From positions 43,400 through 107,399 of the forward strand of contig NW_021833962.1 in NCBI RefSeq assembly GCF_006345805.1: a stretch of 64,000 nt of DNA, read 5' to 3'. Each line of letters opens with the position of its first letter. Positions within the stretch are counted from its first letter, which is position 1. Made by a program: the position numbers and the translations under genes. Of this stretch, positions 12,020-26,300 are shown piece by piece. The notes below the pieces were generated by a model that worked only from the letters and a program-made list of their open reading frames with translations, made no database searches and was not told the origin of the DNA. The DNA is from Octopus sinensis (taxonomy: Eukaryota).

Positions 12020-12305
12020 GGTAAGTAGGTTGCTAACGAACCACATGGTTCCGGGTTCAGTCCCACTGCGTGGCACCTTGGGCAAGTGTCTTCTGCTATA
12101 GCCCCAGGCCGACCAAAGCCTTGTGGTGGACCTGGTAGACGGAAACTGAATGAAGCCTGTCGTATATATGTGTATATATACGTTTGTGTGTCTGTGTTTG
12201 TCCTCACCATCGCTTGTAACCGATGTTGGTGTGTTAATGTTCCTGGAACTTAAAGGTTCGGCCAAAGTGACTGATAGAATAAGTACTAGGCTTACAAAGA
12301 TCTTA
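12020..12305 (+). mobile_element. SINE family A, diverged and 3'-truncated
   Basis: GGTAAGTAGGTTGC...GGTTCAGTCCCACTGCGTGGCACCTTGGGCAAG. Confidence 0.85.
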
Positions 12306-12725
12306 ACCAATTGAGCATGTCCCTTGGTGGCTGACGATATGTGCATCTCTAATCACGAGCAGAGGTCGTGGGGGAGCATCATAGCCATGTGTTGAAAGGG
12401 ATTCTTTGGGGTTTGAATAAATCACCTTTGGAAACATGGGTGGTTTGTTCAATATCCTTAAACAACCCTTATTCAGAGACCTTTTGAGAGGGATGGGCTA
12501 CTCAACCTGAAGAAAATTCTAACTGGGCCCCACCTGCAAGGTCATGTGCTGTTTATCTTGATATGAGATCACCATGTTGCGCACATATGGTTGTGATGCA
12601 TGTGCCTGGTGTACCCTTATCAGACGGGTAGTCATGATGGGTATACTGGGCTTCCTATATTTGTACCCTAGTGTCACTTTGATGGCATGCACTGCTCTCT
12701 CACTCAATAATAATAATAATAATAA
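12305..12725 (+). mobile_element. Interspersed repeat with (AAT)n tail (probable retroposon 3' part)
   Basis: Ends CTCTCTCACTC followed by (AAT)n; recalled as a common octopus repeat, not verified. Confidence 0.5.
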
Positions 12726-13102
12726 TGATGATGATGATGAAAATAATCATAATAAATGCCCTGATGCAGTACTTGGCAGTGGCTCTCATGGCATAAGAGA
12801 GATAAAATATTTGGGTCTGATATGGGCGGTTTAAATGCTAAGGGTTAACAAGCACCTGGAGATAGTACTTGGGGTAAGCACATCTCTCCATGAATTTGTT
12901 AGCATCCGTCAGGGGAAAAATTAAATTGTAGTATATGGGAGATAACCCTGTAGTTTTAACGCCATAGTAACGAGTATCTCTTGCTCTATGTGTGTGTTTA
13001 TTCATGTGTTTCTGTGAGTGGTTGTGGTCGCGTGTATGTATGTGTGTGTGTGTGTGTGTGAAGCAGAGAATGGAGAGAGGATCGTAATTGTGAATGTGTA
13101 GG

Positions 13103-13255
13103 AGTAGCTGTGTGGTAAGTAACTTGCTAACGAACAACATGGTTCCGCGTTCGGTCCCACTGCGTGGCACCTTGGGGCCAGTGTCTTCTATTATAGCCTT
13201 GGGTCGACGAAAGCCTTGTGATTAGATTTGGTAGACGGAAACTGAAAGAAACCGA
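13103..13255 (+). mobile_element. SINE family A 5' half
   Basis: Head GCTGTGTGGTAAGT and core through GAAACTGAAAGAA. Confidence 0.85.
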
Positions 13256-13412
13256 TCCTATATATATATATATATATATTATATATAATATATATATATT
13301 ATATATATATATATATGTATATATGTATATATGTATATATGTACACATGTATACATGTATACGTGTATACGTGTATACGTATATATGTATATACGTATAT
13401 GTGTATATGTGT

Positions 13413-13518
<106 letters not shown>

Positions 13519-13535
13519 GTATATATGTATATATA

Positions 13536-13863
13536 TAACTTAGATAACTTAGAAAGGTTTTGGCCAGTATTGGCCCAGGCCATGTCTTACTTAATAGCAC
13601 CACCTGGCGAAGTCTTTCAATTCAGGATTTGGGCACCAAGGCCCATTTGAGCAGAGAGTTATTGTTTGCGGAGACATATCCGGGTGTGGGTGGTTTGTCC
13701 GGGACTGTTTGAAGGAATTTGTCCAAAGACTTCTTGAATTTTGTGTGGTTAGTTTCTGTTTTGACGTGTCCAGGTGTAATGTTGAAGAGAGCGGGTCAAA
13801 TTGAGGTGAAATAATTGTGCCGTATTGTCGTTATATGATGCGATTTAGATTTTTGTTGTGGAC

Positions 13864-13865
<2 letters not shown>
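13536..13865 (-). mobile_element. 3' end fragment of an APE-RT LINE (same group as 14719-18370)
   Basis: Minus strand reads FKKSLDKFLQTVPDKPPTP / GYVSANNNSLL (1-nt shift), like FKTKLDLFLSGVPDEPTS...AASNSL of the neighbour; 3' CATGGCC-hairpin-AAAAC and a CTAAGTTAT tandem tail. Confidence 0.8.
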
Positions 13866-13879
<14 letters not shown>

Positions 13880-13901
<22 letters not shown>

Positions 13902-14455
13902 TAAATGTGAGTGTGCATATATCTTCTTGTGTGGTAGTTTTTAGAACTATTAACTCAATATGTAGAATAACTGAGCTTATTAATATATATTGATATATAT
14001 TTTGTTTTATTTTGTTCTGTGTATCTTGTATTATTGTATTAATGAATATATATATATATGTGTAGTATTATGGTGTCTATGCACACATTTTTATATTTTA
14101 CACTTTTATATTGATATGTATATGGAAAAAAAAATTTTTCACAATTATAATTTATTAAATTCTCTGAAGAGGCCGTGGGGCATCCTTGTTAATGTCTCAT
14201 TTATACCTGCCTTATATGGCTTATAGGTTAAATGAGGCATGATTGCCCTTACTGCCGAAACAGCTGTCAGATATGATATAATTACATATTATATTTTATA
14301 TTTTATATTTCTATTTCCTTGTCTAATTATATTTACAACATATTTTGTATAATGCCTTTACTGTTATGTAATGGTGTAATAAAGTATTGATTGGGTATCA
14401 TCTGTTGGTTGATGTTTGATTGATTTAAATATGTTCTCCATTTTCTAATTTTGTA

Positions 14456-14456
<1 letters not shown>
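13880..14456 (+). mobile_element. (TA)n-flanked Penelope-like non-autonomous relic carrying a hammerhead motif
   Basis: Contains the hammerhead core; its 3' part (14340-14456) is homologous to 26880-27000. Confidence 0.55.
14161..14271 (+). ncRNA. Type I hammerhead ribozyme motif (minimal stem III, long stem II)
   Basis: TCT-CTGAAGA (14164-14170)-stem II GGCCGTGGGGCA/TGCCCTTACTGCC-GAAA (14257-14260)-C-AGCT-GTC (C17 = 14268)-AGA. Confidence 0.75.
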
Positions 14457-14502
<46 letters not shown>

Positions 14503-14581
14503 ATATATATATGTATGTATATATGTATATATATGTATGTATATATGTATATATATGTATATATATATATGTATATATATG

Positions 14582-14682
<101 letters not shown>

Positions 14683-14718
14683 TATATAATATATATATGC
14701 ATATATACATATATATAT

Positions 14719-17700
14719 AAATCCTTAAATCCTTTAAAATGTTTTAGCCCGAAGGCCGCGGCCATGCTGGGGCACCACTGCTGAATGAGCTACACTAATA
14801 TGTGAATCCACCTCTGATACGTGGCACTTGATCAACAAGGGAGTTCGATGCTGCTGCCTGCATCTGCGTCTCCTGTTGTGAGGTAGGTTCATCTGGGACT
14901 CCCGACAAGAAGAGATCCAGTTTAGTTTTAAAGAAACCTACATCCACACCATGTAAGTCTCTCAGGCATTTAGCGAGGATGTTAAAGAGCTGTGGTCCTC
15001 TGAAACCCAAGCCGTTGCAGTATCTGGACCTGTATTTTGATGGTGATGTTGGAATCTTTTGCACCATGCAGTGGCGTCCCGTTCTGTGGTTGGGGTAACT
15101 TTGAATGCTAAAGTTTGGGACAAGACCCTCCAGGATTTTCCAGATGTATATCACCGCATATCTCTTACACCTCCGCTCTTGGGAGAAGAGGTTTAATACT
15201 TTCAGTCTCTCCCAGTAGCTGATATTTTGCATTGAGACGATCTTCTTTGTGTAGCTTCTGTGAATTGCTTCGAGTTCTGCTGTTAGTTTTATATTGTGTG
15301 GTGACCACAGTTGGGAGCAGTAGTCCAAGCGGCTGAGGATGAATGTTTTCCATAGGACCATCAGTGTCTCCTTCTCTCTTGTTCTGAAAGTTCGGAGAAT
15401 CCATCCAGCTAGCTGTCTGCATTTTATCACCAGATTAGTAATATGCACTTGGAAAGATGCATCATTGCTCATGTCAATGTCCAGGTTATGCACTGATTTT
15501 GACTCGGGGATTGCAATTCTTCCTGGGCCAGTGTATCCAGCCTGCACGTCGTTTACCTTTGTGTGCCAGTAGCGCAGGGCCTGGAACTTACCTGCATTAA
15601 ACTGCATGTTGTTGTCCGCCCACCTGTATATTGTATACAACTCCTGTTGCAGATGCGCAATATTTTCAGGGTTTTGTATTGTGTGGGAGACGTTTGTGTC
15701 ATCTGCATAGCTAGCAAGGGTGGCCATCATAGCAACTAAAGGCATGTCTGAAAGGGCCACTATGAACAGCAGTGGCCCCAAGACAGTGCCCTGTGGAACA
15801 CCGCTTGTTATTTGTGTTTCCTTGGAGGTGGCTCCATTGCTCACAACTGCCTGTCTTCTATCTTTTAGGAAGTTGTGCAGCCACTCTCCAAGTTTTCCGC
15901 CTATGCCGAGACCACACAGTTTGTGACAGATCATACCATGGTCGACTTCATCAAAGGCTTTTGCAAAGTCGAGATATATTACATCCACATTTGAGCCATT
16001 TAGTAGCTGTTTTAACACCCAGTCATAGTGTTGCAGGAGCTGTGTTAGGCAGCTTCTACCTGGTTGAAATCCATGGTGGGTGTCAGACAGCAAGTCATTT
16101 TCTTCAAGGAACATGATTAGTTTCTTGCGGACTATTCGTTCCATGACTTTGCTGATGTGTGAGGTCAGAGAGATAGGCCTATAATTTTTACCATCTGCCC
16201 TGCTACTTCCCTTATGTATAGGGCATATTACCCCCTCTTTCAATTTGACTGGGAGCTTACCACTTGCAAGAAAGCTCTGAAAAAGAAGCTGTAGCGGTTT
16301 TGCAAGGGCTCGTTTGCACGATTTGAGAAGGATCGCTGGAAATCCATCAGGTCCAGCAGCTGAGTTTGTGTCAATCTCATCTATGGCTAGTGTGATATCA
16401 TCATCTTCAATGTTGATGTACTCAATTTTTGCCTCTTTGGCCGCAGGTAAAGTGGCAAAGAATTATTCTGGGTTGTTTACTTGCCTGTGTCCTAGAGGTG
16501 TAGTGAACACACTTTGGAATTGTTCGTTCAGTATTTTACTTATCCTCGTGGGATTTCCTGTGAGAGAGCCATCTTTTTGGAAGAGAGGTCCTATTCTCTG
16601 GTGCACTGTGGCTGTCTTTTTGGCAAACTTAAAGAAAGCTTTAGGGTTTGATTTTATATTTTCTATTACCCAATCTTCTTTATCTGCTCTCTCCTTTTCA
16701 TGGGACTGATGCAGACTTTTCTCAGTTTCCATTAGCATTCTCTCGAGCCGAGACTTCTCACCACTTTTGGTGTGCTTGCTCAGGCGGTTCGCAATCCTTG
16801 TCCATCGTCTCATAAGAATCTTCCTTTCTCTAGGGATCCTGTTTTTGTTCTTGTGTGTGCTGGCCCTGCACACTGGGACATATTTGTCACATATGGCTTG
16901 TATTATGGACATGAAGTGTTTGTGTTTCATGTTAATGTCCTCTGTGGAGAGACATTTAGGCCAATCCTGTTTGAGGATCTCCTTCTCAATCATCTTCCAA
17001 TTTGCTTTATGAAAGTTTAAGGTGGAGAGAAGGTGGATGCTTCATATAGGCTGTGTGTCTACGGGGGCTTTTGGTCCATACATAGACAGCTCTATTATGT
17101 TGTGATCCGAGATCATTGTTGGCATCACTTTAACATTATGGATAATATCCATATTGTTTGTGAAGCAGAGATCCAGTATATTATCTGCCCTTGTTGGTTG
17201 CAGAACTATTTGCTCCATGAAAGAGGCATTTGTGAGATGGAGCAGGGACTCAGCCTGTGCCTGCTGATGGTGTGTCATCCCTGAGAGCATCTGCCCTCCT
17301 GGCCATTTCACATTGGGGAAGTTAAAGTCACCCATGAAGAATACACTGCTGTGTTGTTTAAGGTTGGTGAGGACTTCTCCTATTTTTGTTAGGCAGTCTT
17401 CAAACATGCCTGAGTGATTTGGGGCATCTGGTGGGCGATATGTAGTACATATGATGATATTCAGTTGTCTTATGTGTACAATTTGAGTGTCACAGACTGA
17501 GTTTGAATATGACAACAGGACCTAGGGCGTGAGGTCATCTCGGATGTACATTGCAACTCCACCATGGCTCCTCCCTTTTCTATCTGAGCGTATGACTGCA
17601 TATTGCGGTATGTGTATTTCTGCATCCCCTATATCGGGTCCAAGATGCGTTTCTGTGAGTGCCATGCATATAGCTTGATTGCATGTCACAAGGTCTCTCA

Positions 17701-18370
17701 GGAATGAGATTTTCCTCTTACAGTTTCCACGCAGCAGCCCTCCTACGTTCAGCAGAAATATTTTTGTGGTGTGTGTGTTGGTGTTGGTGTCTGTGGTGGC
17801 CATCCTGCATCTGTTGGTGGTGGCCTTATGTGGTGGTAGTTCCAGCTTTGTGCTTGTAGCCAGGTCAGCTGCTGAACAATTTTTTGTGCCATGCACAAAA
17901 AAGATTGCTGTTCAGCTGCTGCCCTTCTCACATCTGGGTGAAGCTGGCCATTTGTTGGGTTACCGCGCACCACATCCGCTTATCGTCTTTCAGTGGTCAG
18001 TGCGCTATTTTTCCTTCTTTTATATTTTTCTTTTTCTTTATCTTTTTGTTCTCCCCTAGGGAGGGATTTTCGTCTTATGGCCGAGCGGTTTTGGTAGGGC
18101 TTCTGATGTGCAAAGCGACAGTTCGTACCTTCGATGCCGTACCACCAGTCCCTCTTCAGGTAGAATTTGCAGATGTTTCTGCCTTTTCCCTTATAGTTCT
18201 TGCTGGGGTTCTTTTGTTTTTTCTGAACAGGGTTTGTTTTAGCTTTAATTTTCTTGTCTTTTAACTCCTGTTTCCCATCAATTTTAGGGTGCTTTTCTTT
18301 TTTTGTGGCCATCGCACCTCTTTGGTCTTCAGTTGTGTGTTGCGAGCTGGACATGTGTCATTGTTTCCCT
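14719..18370 (-). mobile_element. Near-full-length CR1-group LINE A: N-terminal CCCH zinc-finger region, APE, RT; frameshifted
   Basis: ORF pieces 17980-18354 (CKFYLKRDW.YGIEGTNCRFAH), 17522-17896 (ALTETHL), 17042-17515 (MGDFNFP, PTRADNILDL), 16463-16993, 14795-16243 (YLDFAKAFD, GVPQGTVLGP, YADDT); tail (AAGGATTT)n. Confidence 0.95.
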
Positions 18371-18439
18371 TATATATGTATATATATATATACACATATA
18401 TATATATATATTTGTATATATATATATATATATATATAT

Positions 18440-18937
18440 GTTTGAATGCTTATTTTATTTTTATTTATTTTCACTTCACTTCACTTCTCGACCAATCATA
18501 CATGTTTTCCTATCTGTTGTTATTTATTATCGAAACTATTGTATCTAATTTCTCCTCTATTAACTCTGCCCGACCAAGTCTCGCTCTATCATCTTTTTCA
18601 ACCTTCGCGTATTTGTCTATCGATCTCCGCCATCTTTGAAGCCTGTTCCCTTAATACACTTCCGCCTTGTCCAAAAATTCCTTTCCGGTCAATTTCTTTA
18701 CTTAAGGCAACAACATCTGCTCTCTCATTCATTCACCTAGCGGCTATAATCTCGAGCACAGCTAAGTTTGAATGCTTATTTTATTTTTATTTATTTTCAC
18801 TTCACTTCACTTCTCGACCAATCATACATGTTTTCCTATCTGTTGTTATTTATCTATCTAACTATTGTATCTAATTTCTCCTCTATTAACTCTGCCCGAC
18901 CAAGTCTCGCTCTATCATCCTTTTTCAACCTTCGCGC
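18440..18937. repeat. ~170 bp direct duplication around a ~155 bp spacer
   Basis: TTTGAATGCTTATTTT...TTCAACCTTCGCG at 18440-18610 and 18766-18937. Confidence 0.9.
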
Positions 18938-19139
18938 GTATTCGCGGTGCACCCACCCTGCCCACCCCCACCACCAATACCGGATATCTCTATATTTTTG
19001 CTCCATCTATACCGGATGTTGTTTCTCCCACCACCATTATAGGTGTCTACTCTTCGAACCCCCCTCCTCAATACGCTATTTCACCATGCATTACCCTCTA
19101 GATATCCTACGTTCTACTTGCCTAAGAACCTGTCATCAT

Positions 19140-19442
19140 TCCTCTGAACCACCCCTCCCCACTGGTGCTCCCCTATATTTCTGCCCCCCCCCACATAAAA
19201 AAAAAGCACCATCCGAACGTGGCCGATGCCAGACCCCTCTGGCACCTGTGCAGGTGGCACGTAAAAAACACCCACTACACTCGCGGAGTGGTTTGCGGTA
19301 GGAAGGGCATCCAGCTGTAGAAACACTGCCAGACTAGACTGGAGCCTGGGGCAGTCCCTAGCTCCCCGACCCCGGTCGAAACCGTCCAACCCGTGCTAGC
19401 GTGGAAAACGGACGTTAAACGATGATGATGATGATGATGATG
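19140..19442 (+). mobile_element. Retroposon family D with (ATG)n tail (inverted copies at 28646-28750 and 29200-29530)
   Basis: GGAAGGGCATCCAGC...GTCCAACCCGTGCTAGCGTGGAAAACGGACGTTAAACGATGATGATG. Confidence 0.8.
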
Positions 19443-19444
19443 AT

Positions 19445-19519
19445 ATATATATATATATATATTATACATATATATACATATATAGATATATGTATAAATA
19501 TATACGTACGTATATAATG

Positions 19520-19566
<47 letters not shown>

Positions 19567-19656
19567 AATATATATATACATATATATATATGATAAATAT
19601 ATATATGTATATATATATATGTATATATATATATATACGTATATATATTATACATA

Positions 19657-19691
<35 letters not shown>

Positions 19692-19947
19692 GTATAAATA
19701 TATATTGTATATATATAATATATATATATATATATACATATAACATATATATATATATATGTATAAATATATATATGTTATATATATATATATATATATA
19801 TATGTAGAAATATATATATGTATATATTATATGTAAATATATATATATGTATATATATGTATATATATATATGTATATATATATATGTATTATATATTAT
19901 ATATTATTATATATATATAACATATATACAATATATATATATATTAT

Positions 19948-19994
<47 letters not shown>

Positions 19995-20065
19995 TATATA
20001 ATATATATTATATATAGATATATATATATACATTATATATATATAATATGTATAAATATATATGT
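19445..20065. repeat. (TA)n-rich microsatellite
   Basis: Visible directly. Confidence 0.95.
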
Positions 20066-20069
20066 ATAT

Positions 20070-23000
20070 ATAAACAGGGGAAGGATGCAGGTTCGCTCAT
20101 CCCAGGCCCTATGGAAATTGCATCACACCCACTTGACCAAAATGCCTTAACCAAAACCAGAACAAATACAAGCTGCCCCAGAAATATGCAGACATAGTGC
20201 GTAATGCCCCAACAGGAGAAGGCGCACATTTGCAGAGGAAATGCAGACAGCGGCAGCAGAACAAAGAAATTTTGTGGAAATGGCAGAGAAAATTGTGGGA
20301 CAACTGGCCTGGATAATCGTCTTCAGAGCCAGGGGCACTCACAATAGCACTCAAGACCACCACAATCAAGGGACCCAGGGTGGCCACCGCTGACGCCGGC
20401 CCAGGTGCCACACCGTCAGCCTTTATTGACACCCCGGGTGTCTCACCAGTGCTTCTGCTGAATGTCAGAGGTCGGTGAAACCCACTAATATGGGTAAAAT
20501 TCCTTACCTTAGGGACTTGAGCACAAGCAACCATGCAATATGCATAGCACTGACTGAAACGCACCTGTCAAGCAGTATAGCAGATGCAGAAATACACATA
20601 CCGAAGTATACTGTTTTTCGGTCGGACAGGAAGGAAAGAACTCATGGTGGGGTTGCCCTGTACGTCCGTGAAGATGTCACACCCATAGTACTGTTGACAC
20701 ACTCCAACTCAGTCTGTGACACACTGATAGTACACATGAAACAACCGAAAATAGTAATATGTGTCACATATCGGCCACCAGACACCCCTAGCCATGAAGG
20801 AGTGTTTGAAGATAGCCTCAGAAGAATAGAAGAAGTCCTGGACAAACTGGACCAGGGTAACACCATTCTACTGCTGGGAGATTTTAACCTTCCGAAAGTC
20901 AAATGGCCAGATGGCCATCTCCTCCCTGGAATGACATCACTTGAACAGAGACAGACAGAGTCCTTGTTGGCTCTCACACGCAAGTTTTTCATGGAGAGCA
21001 AGCAGTGCTTTGGCCAACAAGAGGTGAGAATGTCTTGGACCTCTGTTTCACAAGCAACCCGATGCTCATCCACAACATAATGGTAACACCAACAATTCTC
21101 TCAGATCACAACTTAGTAGAGGTAATGATATATGGTATGAGAGAGTTAGTTGAGACGCAGCCATTAGAAAATACACAGGCTATCCAGTCTAAACTTCCAT
21201 AAGGCAAACTGGAAGAAGATCAACGAAGAGATCCGAAAACATGACTGGAGTGACTTCATCACCACACAAGACACCAACACCACATTTCCAACATTTCATG
21301 ACAACAATACAGAACATATGCCATAAGTTTGTCCCGGAGAAAAAAGCCAGCGGGGATAGGAACGTTATTCCCAGAGACAGGAAAATACTTATGAGGCGAA
21401 GAGCTAAGCTCTCGAAGCAACTGAATGCACGGCAGAGAAAACAATGAGGGACTCCACCTGAAACTTTTGAAACGGAAACTGCACTCAAACTTTCCTATGA
21501 GAAGGGGAGGGCAGAGAGAGAAGCCAGGGCCATAGAGAATATTAAAACAAACCCTAAAGCCTTCTTTAAATTTGCGAAAGAAAACCACCTCGGTACACTG
21601 CAAGATTGGCCCACTCTTTGACAAAAAGGGCTCTCTAACTGAGGACCCCAAGGGATAAGTGAAATACTAAAGGAACCAGTATAAAGTGTGTTCACAATCC
21701 CCTCTGGGGCACATGCAAATCACAAACCCAGAAGTTTTCTTGATGCCACAACACTCCAAAACCAAACAACAACCATCGACCACATAGACAAAAGGAGGGA
21801 TGTAATATCTGCCATAGAAGAAATGAGAATAAAATCAGCTGCTGGACCAGATGGATTCCCAGCAGTCCTCCTAAAAATGCAGGCATGCCCTAGCGGGACC
21901 ACTGAAGAAGCTCTTCAGTGGTTCCTTGGCTAACGGTAAATGCCCAGGGCGCTAAAAGAAGGCACCATATGCCCTATCCACAAAGGAGGGAGTAGAGCAG
22001 AGGCCAAAAACTACAGGCAGTCTCCCTGACGTCACACAAAAGTAAGGTCATGGAACGAATCATCAGAAAAAAACTGATCACGTTCCTCGAAGAAGAAAAC
22101 TAACCGTCTCACTGACACACAGCATGGCTTTCGCCCAGGAAGAAGCTGCCTTACGCAGCTGTTACAACACTACGACTGGGTACTGAAACAACTAATGGAT
22201 CGCTCACAGGTGGATGTGGTATATCTCGACTTTGCGAAGGCCTTTGACAAAGTCGACCACGGAGTGATATGTCACAAATTACTCAGACTCGGCATAACAG
22301 GAAAAGTAGGTGAGTGGATACATGACTTCCTGAAGGACAGAAGCCAGATGGTTGGCAGCCAATGGAGCCCTCTCGGGAAAAGACACCAATAGCAAGCGGG
22401 GTGCCACAGGGCACAGTCTTGGGACCCTTGCTGTTTTTGGTGGCGCTCTCTGACATGCCCTGGGTAGCACAAACAACATCCCTCACTAGCTATGCTGATG
22501 ACACAAAGGTAGCACAGGCAATCAAAAACCAGCTGATGCTGACCTTTTACAACAAGATCTGGATGCCAATACAAATGGGCTGAAGACAACAACATGCAAT
22601 TTAATGCTGGTAAATTCAAGCCTTACAATATCAAGCTGTAAACACATATACATTACAACACAACTATACTGGTCCAGGAGGGATCGAAATCCCAGTATCG
22701 AAATCAATACGGGATCTGGGGATAGACATGAGTGACGATGCATCTTTTTCTTCACACATCGCGAAGGTGGCGACAATGTGCAGACGACTCACTGGCTGGA
22801 TCCTGAGGACATTCCGGACAAAGAGACTGCGAGACCATGTTGACACTATGGAGGACATTGTCCTAAGCCGCCTGGACTAATGCTCCAACTGTGGTCACCG
22901 CATAGTGTCAAACTAACCACAGAGCTCGAGACAATCCAAAGACATTTCACCAAGAGGATTTCCACCATGAAAGAGACGAAACTATTGGGAGAGGCTTAGG

Positions 23001-23475
23001 GAACTCAATTTGTACTCCTTGGAACGAACGAAGAGAGAGAGATATGCCAGTGATATACATATGGAAATCCTGGAGGGACTAGCACCAAATTTTGGAATTG
23101 AGAGCTGTTCCAATCCCCGTACAGGACGTCACTGTGTGGTGCCAAAGGTCCCGTCTTCCACATCCAGGGTAAGGAGCAGATACTGTAATAGCCTGGGGTT
23201 CAGGGGCCCTCAGCTTTCAACAAACTGCCAAGAAAACTAAGAGATCTACATGATGCGGATGTGGACATTTTCAAAAAACATCTAGACAAGCTGCTTTCCG
23301 GGATCCCAGATGAAAACCACTGCAAGGTACGAAGGAACCTAAGGGCAGCAGCTACAAACTCTCTCTTAGATCAGTGGCCAGCCACGGCAAACTGGACTTA
23401 GAGAGGGTAGCAACAAGGGCGGTGCCCCAGCATGGCCTCAGCCGGATGGCTGAAACAAGTAAAAGAGTAAAAGAG

Positions 23476-23477
<2 letters not shown>
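20070..23477 (+). mobile_element. Near-full-length CR1-group LINE B (CCCH relic, APE, RT), many frameshifts; 3' end nearly identical to the SINE A tail
   Basis: ORF 20475-21080 (ALTETHL, LGDFNLP), 22195-22392 (YLDFAKAFDKVDHG), GVPQGTVLGPLLF, YADDTK; ends GGCGGTGCCCCAGCATGGCC..CTGAAACAAGTAAAAGAGTAAAAGAG. Confidence 0.95.
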
Positions 23478-23507
<30 letters not shown>

Positions 23508-23524
23508 ATATATATATTATATAT

Positions 23525-23557
<33 letters not shown>

Positions 23558-23585
23558 TTATAAATATATATATGTATATATTATC

Positions 23586-23668
<83 letters not shown>

Positions 23669-24439
23669 ATTAGCAAAAGAGAGCTGGTAGAATAAGTACT
23701 AGGCTTACAAAGTATAAGTCCTGGGTCCTGGCGTGTTCAGCATGGCCGCATTCAAAAATACTGAAACAAGTAAAAGAGTAAAGAGTGAAGATGTCTTAAA
23801 ATCAGCCCTAATTAACTTTCAAATAACATGCCTAAGTACACAACTCAGAAATTAAGCTCTGTAAGTGTTTGAATAAACTTGCTTATAGGGAAAATTTAAT
23901 TTAATTAAATTTTTTTTTTAAGTATCACCATTATAGGTATTTATACTCCGGCGAAATTAAGAAATCAACTCGTAAATAAAGAAACCTGCGAGTCCATCTG
24001 TGTACACGAACATACACGATCGACAAGAACAAAACGGTCTGAGGAGAATTTAAGTGCTATGTTTTGCATAACTCTTGGATAGCGTGTAGTAAATTTCGGC
24101 ATCCAGGGGAGAGAACTCCTTCAAAAGTTGACACCGATTTACCTCCCTTGTCCTACATATTCTGCAGCGTGTCTGCAAGCTTCTCATTAAGATAACACGA
24201 GTGAACGTCGGAACCTTATGCCTGCGTGGACGCACGGCTTGCTAGAAACAACAGCCAGTTTTCTTTTAAATTTGGCATTTTCTGATTTAATAAGATATCA
24301 AAAGGACACTTCAGACGCAGTCCCATTTAGACGATACCCGGAAGAAGGAGAGGATGGTTACGATTGAAATACCTTTTGATTAAAGGTGTGTCTGCTATGG
24401 TTTTTGATTAAAGGTTGTCGCTATGGTTTTGATGTATAT

Positions 24440-24527
24440 ATATATATATATTATAATATATATATATATATATATTAGATATATATATATATATATACAT
24501 ACATCATATATATATATATATATATAT

Positions 24528-24561
<34 letters not shown>

Positions 24562-24632
24562 CCATATATATATATATATATACATACTATATATATATAT
24601 ATATATATATACATACATACATCTATATATAT

Positions 24633-24667
<35 letters not shown>

Positions 24668-24722
24668 CATACATATATATATCTATATATATACACATAC
24701 ATCATATATATATACATACATA

Positions 24723-24755
<33 letters not shown>

Positions 24756-24796
24756 CATACATATATATATATATATACACACAAAAACACATATAT

Positions 24797-24830
<34 letters not shown>

Positions 24831-25086
24831 ATATACACACATATATTATATTATATCCCACATATTATATATATATATCTACACACACACGTAATATATA
24901 TTTATTATATTTACCACAAATATATATATATATATGTATATATATATACACCATATATATAATATAGATAATAAACATACAATAAGAGATATATATATAT
25001 ATATATATATATAATAACATACATATATATTATATATATAATATATACAACAACACATATATATATATATATATAATACACCTATA

Positions 25087-25139
<53 letters not shown>

Positions 25140-25334
25140 ATTATATATATAATAATATACATATAATTTTATATATATAATATATAATATATTGATATAT
25201 ATATATATAATATATATTACATAGATATATACATATATATATACATATATATATACATATATATATTACCTATATATATACCATATATAGATATATACAT
25301 TTATATATACATATATATACATATATATATATAC

Positions 25335-25410
<76 letters not shown>

Positions 25411-25490
25411 CATAGATTATATATATACAATATATATACATATATATATATATATACATATATATTATATATATATATATATGATATATC

Positions 25491-25525
<35 letters not shown>

Positions 25526-25642
25526 GTAATATATATATACATATATATTATATATATATATATATAAGAATAATATACACACATATATATATATATATAT
25601 ATATCATATAATATTATATATATATATTATATAAATATACAG

Positions 25643-25685
<43 letters not shown>

Positions 25686-25707
25686 ACATATAGATATATA
25701 TATATAT

Positions 25708-25759
<52 letters not shown>

Positions 25760-25763
25760 CACC

Positions 25764-25844
<81 letters not shown>

Positions 25845-25890
25845 CAAACACATATATATATATATAATAATATATACACACCAACACATA

Positions 25891-25929
<39 letters not shown>

Positions 25930-25962
25930 TATATATATATTATATATATATATTATATATAT

Positions 25963-25996
<34 letters not shown>

Positions 25997-26071
25997 ACAC
26001 ACCACACACCACATATATATATATAATATATATAACACACACACTATATATAATATATTATATATATATAT

Positions 26072-26123
<52 letters not shown>

Positions 26124-26187
26124 TACATACACATATATTCTCTATATATATATATACAACACATATATATATATAACACACACACAT

Positions 26188-26221
<34 letters not shown>

Positions 26222-26234
26222 ATACACACATATA

Positions 26235-26265
<31 letters not shown>

Positions 26266-26300
26266 ATATATATTATATACTATATATATATATAATAGCA
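24440..26300. repeat. ~1.9 kb degenerate (TA)n/(CA) microsatellite
   Basis: Visible directly. Confidence 0.95.

Noticed and set aside
23880-24430. Penelope GIY-YIG coding relic
   Set aside because: A GIY tripeptide and a degenerate GAAGAAG..GAAA motif are present, but no convincing domain or ribozyme core.
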